Source: a bacterium
GTDB lineage: Bacteria; Patescibacteriota; Gracilibacteria; UBA4473
Length of the DNA: 64,000 bases
Direction: 5' to 3'
Assembly: GCA_018648585.1 (NCBI GenBank)
Contig: JABGQW010000014.1
Location: forward strand, 4,782 to 68,781
The position numbers and the translations under genes were made by a program. This document shows, piece by piece, positions 56,863 through 64,000 of this stretch. The notes below the pieces were generated by a model. That model was not told the origin of the DNA, did no database searches, and saw nothing but the letters and a program-made list of their open reading frames with translations. How positions within the stretch are numbered: position 1 is the first letter of the stretch; each line of letters begins with the position of its first letter.

Positions 56863-57531
56863 ATGAAAAAAATAGCTTTTCTCACCCTCATCTTGGGACT
56901 CGGATTTGCCGTTTGTACCAGCACAGCAAGTGCGTACAAATACGAAGGTCCAAGCGTAATCAACACCAAAAGCCGAAGCTACAAAAAAGACACGCAAACA
57001 CGATATCTCGATGCGTTGCGCGCACGATACGATCTTTCTGCAACAAAAGCATCACAAACAATCGAAGACAAAAATGTGTACAACCAGCAGGCAGTACATC
57101 GAATCCGAAAATACATCAGCAATGTCAACGAAGTCGACACAGAAGTTTCTCGAAAAGGAGAGTTGCAAGATCGAACCGGAGTTGTTCCCGTTGCAAATAT
57201 TCGTTTTGAACGACCAAACGCAAAACAAACTTTTCGTGCACGTGCGATCGATTATTACGTCGATGGTGGCGAAGCCAACGAAGAAGCAATGGCCGCTGGC
57301 GTAATTTACGGATCAACGCACAAAGTAAATCGAAACAACTGGGTTTCTGACATGTACAAAAAACAACTTGGTGCAACGATCTTGCCCGTTCGCGATATGA
57401 TCCGCGTTCAAGAAAAACAAGAAACGGTCGGAAACGGACAAGAAGGACAAATCAGTTACAAAAATCGTGCAGGAAATTTTTACAGAAATTTCTGGTCACC
57501 AGCGATGAGCACAAAATGGCTCGAAGAATAA
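56863..57531 (+). CDS. Secreted Y/R-rich hypothetical protein
   Basis: Signal peptide MKKIAFLTLILGLGFAVCTSTASA; terminator-like hairpin downstream. Confidence 0.8.
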   Translation: MKKIAFLTLILGLGFAVCTSTASAYKYEGPSVINTKSRSYKKDTQTRYLDALRARYDLSATKASQTIEDKNVYNQQAVHRIRKYISNVNEVDTEVSRKGELQDRTGVVPVANIRFERPNAKQTFRARAIDYYVDGGEANEEAMAAGVIYGSTHKVNRNNWVSDMYKKQLGATILPVRDMIRVQEKQETVGNGQEGQISYKNRAGNFYRNFWSPAMSTKWLEE

Positions 57532-57555
57532 TTTTTCTTCCAAAATAACGAAACA

Positions 57556-57585
57556 AAAAAAACCTCGCCACTGCGGGGTTTTTTC
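57556..57585. terminator. Probable bidirectional terminator
   Basis: A-run, ACCTCGC-CACT-GCGGGGT, T-run, between convergent genes. Confidence 0.7.
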
Positions 57586-57660
57586 TTTTACATTTTTATA
57601 TTTCAAAACGGAGCTGACTTCAAAATCAAAAGTTCAATTCTCCGGCGATTCACATTTTTT

Positions 57661-58518
57661 TTACCAGGAAACTTTTTGTCCTTCCGGTCCGCGATGATAA
57701 TTTCCAAAATCAGAAAAACTCATCGCTTTTTGCGCCGAAACACACGGCCCGATTTGACACATTTTTTCGCCCGTTTCGGTGACGCACTGTCCGCAAACGC
57801 CAAAGCCACATTTCATAAATCGCTCGATCGAAACTTCGCACGGAACATTTTTCTCCAAACACATTTCTGCGATCGCTTTCATCATTTTTTCTGGACCACA
57901 GGTTTGCACGAGATCAATTTTTTCGGTGGAAATTAATTTTTCCAAAACATGCGTCGTAAATCCCTCGACACCCACCGATCCGTCGTTGGTGGCGATCAAA
58001 GTTCGGAATCCTGATTTTTCAGATTTTTTATCCCAGATGAGCAAATTTTCACTCCGCGCACCGATAATCATCGTGACATCGCTTCCATTTTCGGCGTGAG
58101 TTTTCCCCGTGAAATGCAGCGGTGCTGTCCCGTACCCACCTCCGACGAGCACAACATTTTGTTTTTGTTCTTCCCCTTTTTTAAAGGGGGCTGGGGGGAT
58201 TTTTTCCAAAATTGTAAATCCGTGGCCAAACGCGCCACGCAATCCAATTTTGTCACCTTTTTTAAGAGTGAAAAGTTTTTCGGTCGCGGGACCAACTTTG
58301 CAAATCGTGAGCCAGATTTCACCGTCGTAGTCGCGTGCGATGGAAAAAGGTTTTTCGTCGCAGCCCGGAATCCAGAGCATGCAAAATTGTCCGGGTTTGG
58401 AATGCAACGTTCCGTGAAAAACAAACGTGCGAATGTTTTCCGCTTCTTCCCAAAAATCCGCGATCGCGAACGCGCGCGGTTCTGTGTCAACGCCGTGATG
58501 TTTTCCGCAACAAGTCAT
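57661..58518 (-). CDS. pyrK: Dihydroorotate dehydrogenase electron-transfer subunit
   Basis: PGQFCMLW...EKPFSI, RGAFGHGF, VGGGYGTAP, CGPEKMM, ERFMKCGFGVCGQC. Confidence 0.94.
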   Translation of the reverse strand: MTCCGKHHGVDTEPRAFAIADFWEEAENIRTFVFHGTLHSKPGQFCMLWIPGCDEKPFSIARDYDGEIWLTICKVGPATEKLFTLKKGDKIGLRGAFGHGFTILEKIPPAPFKKGEEQKQNVVLVGGGYGTAPLHFTGKTHAENGSDVTMIIGARSENLLIWDKKSEKSGFRTLIATNDGSVGVEGFTTHVLEKLISTEKIDLVQTCGPEKMMKAIAEMCLEKNVPCEVSIERFMKCGFGVCGQCVTETGEKMCQIGPCVSAQKAMSFSDFGNYHRGPEGQKVSW

Positions 58519-58970
58519 TTTTTTAGTTCTAAAATTATAATCGGAATTTCTACTCCATTTCGAAGAATATTTGTTTTTTCTTTTTCTTCAAATCCATATT
58601 TTTGATAAAAAGGCACCGCGTTCAACGATGCTTCCACGATGATCGTTTTTGATTTTGAAGAACGAGCGAGACGAATTCCTTCCTTCAAAAGAACTTTTCC
58701 AGCACCTTGTTTCCACTGTTTTGGATCAACAAAAACCGCCACGACTTCTCCCGGTATCGCATGCCCAAATCCCAATATTTCGTTTTCCCGCTTCGCCACA
58801 AACATTTCTCCTCGTTCAATCGCAGGAATGTATCCCTGTGGCGTTTTATTTTTGAGCTGTGCGTCAACTTGTTCTTCCGTATAAAAATCTTTGTCCCGCA
58901 TTCGTACCGCAGTTGTGTGAATTTCATAAATTCTTTGCGAATCCATAGAGATCGCTTTTTCAATTTTCAT
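58515..58970 (-). CDS. GNAT family acetyltransferase
   Basis: VFVDPKQWKQGAGKVLL, EASLNAVPFYQKYGF. Confidence 0.9.
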   Translation of the reverse strand: MKIEKAISMDSQRIYEIHTTAVRMRDKDFYTEEQVDAQLKNKTPQGYIPAIERGEMFVAKRENEILGFGHAIPGEVVAVFVDPKQWKQGAGKVLLKEGIRLARSSKSKTIIVEASLNAVPFYQKYGFEEKEKTNILRNGVEIPIIILELKK

Positions 58971-58973
58971 CCA

Positions 58974-59897
58974 TTATTTTTTGTGAAAAATTCCGATCAC
59001 CTCGGAAATATTTTTAAAATTATTTTCATCGAGCCACTCTGTGATTTCTGCTTTTGCATTTTTCCAAAAATCATCGCCGTGGTAGTACAACGCCGTCCCA
59101 ACTCCGGCCAACGTTCCGCCCGCCATCATAATTTCCAAAACATCTCGACCAGAATTTATTCCGCCGGTGGCGATGATCGGCGTGTTTGGCAGCGCTGCGT
59201 GAATATCAAAAACTGATTTGACCGCAATCGGAAAAATCGCCGGGCCAGAAATTCCGCCCACACGATTTGCCAGCATCGGCGAGCACAGATCAATATTCCA
59301 GCGCATTCCCGGTCCGACCGTGTTGATCGCGGTGATCGCATTCGCTCCCGCGTCCACGACAGATTTTGCGATGTCGACAATATTTTCAACGTTTGGAGAA
59401 AGTTTTACCGCGAGTGGCAATCTTGTGCGCGAACGCACAATTTTTGTCACCGCCGCCGCGTCGGTGCGACTGCACGCGAACGGTTTTCCAAGTTCAGATT
59501 CAACATTTGGGCAAGAAATATTTATTTCGATGATGTCCGGCTGAAGAATATCGATCGATTCGGCGATCGAACCAAAATCTTCAATTTTTGCCGCAACAAT
59601 GTTGGCGATCAACGGCGCGTCCGTTTTTTCTTTTAATTCGGTGAGCGTTTCGATTCCTTTTTCAAGTCCCGCATCCGAAAGTCCAACGGCGTTCATAAAA
59701 TAATGCTCCGTCCCAAACATCACCGGATTTTTGTGCCCAGGATGCGGCTGACGCCAGAGACTTTTTGTCGTGACTCCTCCAGCACCAAGCTCGACAACGC
59801 GAGCGAGCGAACCCGCTGTCACGCCCAAAACCCCCGACGCGAGCACCAGCGGATTTTCAAATTTTACACCGCAGAAATCAACGTTCAAATTTACCAT
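58974..59897 (-). CDS. pyrD: Dihydroorotate dehydrogenase, family 1B catalytic subunit
   Basis: NPLVLASG, TTKS, NAVGL, EINISCPNV, VKLSPNV, AINT, GGISGPAIFP. Confidence 0.96.
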   Translation of the reverse strand: MVNLNVDFCGVKFENPLVLASGVLGVTAGSLARVVELGAGGVTTKSLWRQPHPGHKNPVMFGTEHYFMNAVGLSDAGLEKGIETLTELKEKTDAPLIANIVAAKIEDFGSIAESIDILQPDIIEINISCPNVESELGKPFACSRTDAAAVTKIVRSRTRLPLAVKLSPNVENIVDIAKSVVDAGANAITAINTVGPGMRWNIDLCSPMLANRVGGISGPAIFPIAVKSVFDIHAALPNTPIIATGGINSGRDVLEIMMAGGTLAGVGTALYYHGDDFWKNAKAEITEWLDENNFKNISEVIGIFHKK

Positions 59898-59969
59898 CGC
59901 GGAGATTTTACTCTGAATTTCTATTTTTTCAAATTTCTCAATCAAATCGAATATTTTCCCGATTTAAAA

Positions 59970-61304
59970 TTATTTCAAAAATTTCATCGGATCGACGTGT
60001 TTTCCGTTTTGAAAAACTTCGAAATGCAGATGCGGCCCGGTGGAGAAAACGCCCGCTCCCGGCGTCCCCGGAGTCCCGCCGGTGAACGCGAATTTTTGAC
60101 CGGAAAAAAGAGTGTCGCCCTCGCGCAACAACACGTCTGAAACGTGACCAAAAACGGTAAAAAAATCATCGCCGTGGTCGATCACGACGTACGAATAACT
60201 GTATCCGTTTTGAGCAACTTTTTTGATCACGCCGTCTGCCGGAGCGAAAATATCTGTCCCCTGCGCCGCCCAAAAATCTGTTCCCCAGTGCTCGCGTCCG
60301 AGTTTTGAAAAATAATCCGGATCGCGAAATTCCGCAGTCACGATCGGCTCGATCGGCAGCGGAAATTGTAATTTTTTTTCAGAAATAATCGCGGTCATTT
60401 TTTCTGTTTTTTCAAAATCGCGCGTCGCAAATTCCTGACGCAAATTCTGGATAAAAACGGTTGAATCCGCCTGCTCGCTCCGCGCCCGCGCGATTGATTT
60501 TTCCAGATTCCCCTGTTCTAATTCCAAATTCGACCGCACGCGCGCCTTCGCGTCGGCAAGCTCGGTCAACAACCGCTTTTGCGTTGAAATCTGTTCCGTC
60601 AAATCAGAAACGCGTCCGAACGTTTTTGCGGCGATTTTTTCCTGCAAATCGAGCTGCGATTTTCGCGTTTTTAAATGTTCAACACTCGAAAGTTTTTGCT
60701 TTTCAAGTTCCCGTTCGCGCTGCTGCGATTCTTGAATTTTTGCCATCGACCGATCCGAAAAAATCCACCGAAACGTCAGTCCAAGTCCCGCAGAACTGAA
60801 ATTTGTTTTTTGAATAAAATTATTGCTCAAAAAATCGTTCGAGTCTGATTCTGAATGTCGAAGCAGCGCACGAAGTTTTGATTTTTCGCGCGTGAGATTT
60901 TCCAAGTTTTGTTGCCACTGCTGCCGAAGAATTAAAAGTTGTTCAATTTTTTTGTTCGAAGTAGAAATCTCCTCGTCCAAAATCTGGAGCTGCGATTCGA
61001 GCATCCCGCGATCGTCAGAAAATTTTAAAAATTCCTGCTGCATTTTTTCCAAATGTTCCTCGAGTTGCTGCAACGCCGTTTCTTCGTTTGAAATTTTTAT
61101 TTGAAAATCCGACTCGGTTTGAAATCCTGACACACTTTCTTTTTCCTCGGGAGAAAAATTTGGAACAAAATTAGTTTCGACATTTTGTACAGAATTTGTG
61201 GAAAAAACGCGCTCCAGCAGCGAGTTCATTTCATCTGCAAAACTCGCAAAAACAAAATTTGGAACAAAAATTGTGATCAGGAACCCGAAACAAATTTTTC
61301 TCAT
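59970..61304 (-). CDS. M23 family peptidase with long coiled coil (murein hydrolase activator-like)
   Basis: Signal peptide, coiled coil, HWGTDF...APADG...TVFGHV...STGPHLHFEV. Confidence 0.92.
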   Translation of the reverse strand: MRKICFGFLITIFVPNFVFASFADEMNSLLERVFSTNSVQNVETNFVPNFSPEEKESVSGFQTESDFQIKISNEETALQQLEEHLEKMQQEFLKFSDDRGMLESQLQILDEEISTSNKKIEQLLILRQQWQQNLENLTREKSKLRALLRHSESDSNDFLSNNFIQKTNFSSAGLGLTFRWIFSDRSMAKIQESQQRERELEKQKLSSVEHLKTRKSQLDLQEKIAAKTFGRVSDLTEQISTQKRLLTELADAKARVRSNLELEQGNLEKSIARARSEQADSTVFIQNLRQEFATRDFEKTEKMTAIISEKKLQFPLPIEPIVTAEFRDPDYFSKLGREHWGTDFWAAQGTDIFAPADGVIKKVAQNGYSYSYVVIDHGDDFFTVFGHVSDVLLREGDTLFSGQKFAFTGGTPGTPGAGVFSTGPHLHFEVFQNGKHVDPMKFLK

Positions 61305-61333
61305 TTTTTCTATTTTACGTCAAAATCAACTCG

Positions 61334-62041
61334 ATGCCGAAAAAATCTTTGCCAACGAAAAAAATTTCTGAGAAAAAAAACAAGCTCGCTCCCGGCGAGA
61401 CGATCGATCCGCCGACTTTTGTGGAAAAAATGTTGAAAAATTATTCCGACGAAAAATGTCATCTGCACTGGAATCGCGAAAAAAATTGGACGCTGCTGTT
61501 CGCCGTGATTTTGTCGGCGCAGTGCACCGACGCGCGCGTGAACAAAACGACTCCCGAATTATTTGAAAAATTTCCGGATCTCGAATCGTTCGTCGCGCGC
61601 CCGATCGAGGAACTGGAAAATATTGTTCGCCCGACCGGATTTTTTCGCAGCAAATCGAAACATCTCCGCGGCGCAGCAGAAAAAATGTTGAAAAATCACG
61701 ACGGCGCGCTCCCCGACTCGATGGACGCGCTGGTAAAATTGCCCGGCGTCGGACGAAAAACCGCGAACGTAATTCTCTGGAATATTTTTGGAAAAAACGT
61801 CGGATTCGTCGTCGACACGCACGTTTTGAAAATTTCGAACCGCGTCGGATTTGTCACCGATCGCAATCCCGAACGCGTCGAAAAAATTTTGATGAAAATA
61901 TTCCCGCGCGAAAAATGGGGACCACTCTCCCACCAACTCGTGCAATTTGGTCGCGATCACTGCACCGCGCCGACACCGCGCTGCTCCGGCTGTTTTTTGA
62001 AAAATGAGTGTCCGCGAATCGGCGTGATAAAATCAAAATGA
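61334..62041 (+). CDS. nth: Endonuclease III
   Basis: AVILSAQCTDARVN, LPGVGRKTANV, VDTHV, CTAPTPRCSGCFLKNECP. Confidence 0.96.
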   Translation: MPKKSLPTKKISEKKNKLAPGETIDPPTFVEKMLKNYSDEKCHLHWNREKNWTLLFAVILSAQCTDARVNKTTPELFEKFPDLESFVARPIEELENIVRPTGFFRSKSKHLRGAAEKMLKNHDGALPDSMDALVKLPGVGRKTANVILWNIFGKNVGFVVDTHVLKISNRVGFVTDRNPERVEKILMKIFPREKWGPLSHQLVQFGRDHCTAPTPRCSGCFLKNECPRIGVIKSK

Positions 62042-62051
62042 AAATAAAATT

Positions 62052-62378
62052 TCAGCCCGAAGTTATCCCATTTTCTTTTAAAAAATCCGACAAAAAATCC
62101 CCCACCCCAGGTTCCTGTCGAACGTCTGTTTTTAAAAAAATTCGACATTGAATTTCTTCTCCCGGCAACACGGTAAATTTGAGTTTGAAGTTCAGATCGC
62201 CGAAAGTTTCCGTCAATTTTTGTAAAAGTTCACGACGAAGTTTTCCCATTTTTTGCAAAAATTCCACCGAACAATCGAAGTCCCCATCGGACAAAGTTTT
62301 GTCCATTCCCTCCGACGAAACGAAACGAGAAACCTGTTTTTGGAGTGCTCTCGAACCAGCAGTTTCCATCGATTTCAT
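62052..62378 (-). CDS. Hypothetical protein
   Basis: 108 aa ORF coupled (TAATG) to the upstream gene. Confidence 0.6.
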   Translation of the reverse strand: MKSMETAGSRALQKQVSRFVSSEGMDKTLSDGDFDCSVEFLQKMGKLRRELLQKLTETFGDLNFKLKFTVLPGEEIQCRIFLKTDVRQEPGVGDFLSDFLKENGITSG

Positions 62379-62674
62379 TATTTTCTAACAATTTGAATCT
62401 GACTAATTTTAAACCGAAAGTCATTCTTGTCAAATTCTTCCAAAAGTTCGTTTGTCCGAAGAAAAAGTTCCGAGCCCGCGGTGGAATTTTTGACACAAAT
62501 CGAAAGCACGCCCGAATCAAATTTCACCGGTTCCCACACGGCAGAAAATTCTGGATATTTTTGAACAATAATTTTGCGCACTTTTTCACACATCCAGCTC
62601 GCAGTCGCAACATTTCCCAGTTTGTATTTTTTTGCTGCGAGCAACAAAAAATCAGACGCAGAATCAAAACTCAT
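62378..62674 (-). CDS. DUF721/DciA-like protein
   Basis: PVKFDSGVLSICVKNSTAGSELFLRTNELL pattern typical of DUF721. Confidence 0.7.
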   Translation of the reverse strand: MSFDSASDFLLLAAKKYKLGNVATASWMCEKVRKIIVQKYPEFSAVWEPVKFDSGVLSICVKNSTAGSELFLRTNELLEEFDKNDFRFKISQIQIVRK

Positions 62675-63285
62675 TTTTTTGGAGTGAAAAGTTTAATCGG
62701 ATTTTTTTTGAAAATTTCGCGAATCATTTCCCCCATTTTCAAAACCGGAACGCCGAGAATATTTTGAAAATCTCCCTCGAATTTTTCGACAAAAAATGCG
62801 CCCGGCCCCTCGACCGTGATCGCGCCAGCTTTTCCGCGCCAATCGCCAAATTCGAGAAAATCCCGAATCTGACAATTTGTCGTGTCGGAACGAAAATGAA
62901 TCCAGGATTTTTCGACTTCCGTGCGCTCAAAAAATTTCCCGTTGAAATTTCCCACGAGCGAAATCCCCGTGAATCCACCAACTTTTTTTCCGCGGTATTT
63001 TTGAAACATTTCCAGCGCGATTTTTTTCGTTTTTGCTTTTCCCAAAATTTCGCCGTCAACTTCCACGAGCGAATCAAATCCGATGACCAGAATATTTTTT
63101 TCTTGTTCAAATTTTTTGTACACAGATTTTGATTTTTCTGCGGCGAAACGGGAAACCTGCGTTTCCATTTTTTCGCTGGGAATTAAAATCTCATCGCAGT
63201 CCGGCGCAACAACTTCAAACACGATTCCCAATTTTTTGAAAATCTCCCGACGAGTCGGCGACGTGGACGCAAGAATTATTTTCAT
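62671..63285 (-). CDS. maf: Maf family nucleotide pyrophosphatase
   Basis: IILASTSPTRREI, IGFDSLV...ILGK, GKAGA, GDFQNILGVP. Confidence 0.93.
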   Translation of the reverse strand: MKIILASTSPTRREIFKKLGIVFEVVAPDCDEILIPSEKMETQVSRFAAEKSKSVYKKFEQEKNILVIGFDSLVEVDGEILGKAKTKKIALEMFQKYRGKKVGGFTGISLVGNFNGKFFERTEVEKSWIHFRSDTTNCQIRDFLEFGDWRGKAGAITVEGPGAFFVEKFEGDFQNILGVPVLKMGEMIREIFKKNPIKLFTPKK

Positions 63286-63404
63286 CGATGCGATGGTAAA
63301 AGTGTCACAAAATTTTTCAAGTCCGGTTTTCTTTTGCAGAACAAAACTCATTTTCATTCCTCACCCAAACCCCATGAAATGAACTTCGATACACACTATT
63401 TCTG

Positions 63405-63437
63405 AAAACTCCGTGGCTCCCCAGGCTGCGGAGTTTT
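63405..63437 (-). terminator. Hairpin at the end of uppP
   Basis: AAAACTCCG...CGGAGTTTT inverted repeat. Confidence 0.55.
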
Positions 63438-64000
63438 ATTTTGAAAGAAAAAACAAAACCGCCGAAAGTCCCGCGCAGTACGGCGCAAACCAAATCCAAT
63501 TTTTTTGAATCAGTTTCATCATCCACGCGATCGCCGCCGCTGCCGCCACCGCACTCAAAAAAAATCCAAGCCAACTTTCCGGAGACAGAAAAACTGAAAA
63601 ATCATTTTGGTTGTCAAGCATCGTGAAAAACAACGCGCCCAAAATCGTCGGAATCGAAAGCAAAAACGAAAGTTCCGCCGACTGTCGCCGCGGCACTCCG
63701 AGCAAAATGAGAAACGCAATCGTGAGCCCCGAACGAGAAATCCCCGGCAGCACGGAAATTCCCTGCACGATCCCGAGCGCGATCGCAACGTTCCAGGAAA
63801 AAGTTCGTTCCAATTTTGGACGAAAAAATTCTGCCGCCAAAATCAGTCCCGCAGTGACAAAAAGCGTGATCGAGACAAGAAAAACAGAAAGTTCGAGAAG
63901 AAAAAATTTCTGACAAAAAATCGCGAGCGGCGCGGTAAAAACTGTCGCCGCCAAAAGTTTCCAGCCGAGCGAATCGCCGCGAAACATTCCGCGGAAAATT
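63436..64000 (-). CDS. uppP: Undecaprenyl-diphosphate phosphatase (5' end outside the window)
   Basis: GIVQGISVLPGISRSGLTI, SAELSFLLSIPTILGA, FAPYC. Confidence 0.93.
   Translation of the reverse strand, partial: IFRGMFRGDSLGWKLLAATVFTAPLAIFCQKFFLLELSVFLVSITLFVTAGLILAAEFFRPKLERTFSWNVAIALGIVQGISVLPGISRSGLTIAFLILLGVPRRQSAELSFLLSIPTILGALFFTMLDNQNDFSVFLSPESWLGFFLSAVAAAAAIAWMMKLIQKNWIWFAPYCAGLSAVLFFLSK

Overview
Mostly housekeeping DNA from a Patescibacteria (CPR) genome, probably class Gracilibacteria and Peregrinibacteria-like. This placement is inferred from the CPR-type Cys-rich protein, FemABX, SLH proteins, type IV pilins and retained purine, pyrimidine and folate genes. The standard code 11 is used, because TGA is a real stop in many ATGA overlaps. 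Core genes include pilT (partial), secA, rlmD, murF, prmC, rpmG/rpsU/rpsO/rpsT, folP, tmk, folD, sufCB/D, pnp, lspA, mltG, gyrB, purC, trmD, pyrDK, nth, maf and uppP (partial), plus tRNA-His and two tRNA-Val genes. Many solitary orphan genes are interspersed. The most notable signals are: (1) a ~32-36 bp palindromic element inserted in frame into four different protein genes; (2) a composite duplicated palindrome and G-tract array between two tandem type IV pilin genes; (3) two tRNA-Val genes that both have U at position 37; (4) a window-wide promoter pattern implying leaderless or 1-nt-leader mRNAs; (5) a Bacteroidota-like acyl carrier protein in a lineage thought to lack fatty-acid synthesis; (6) an ends-only relic of the Cys-rich gene; (7) an AroK-PurN fusion; (8) toxin-like and LysM-peptidase effector candidates within and beside the suf locus. 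No CRISPR array, rRNA, transposase or prophage was seen. All calls were made by eye, without database searches.
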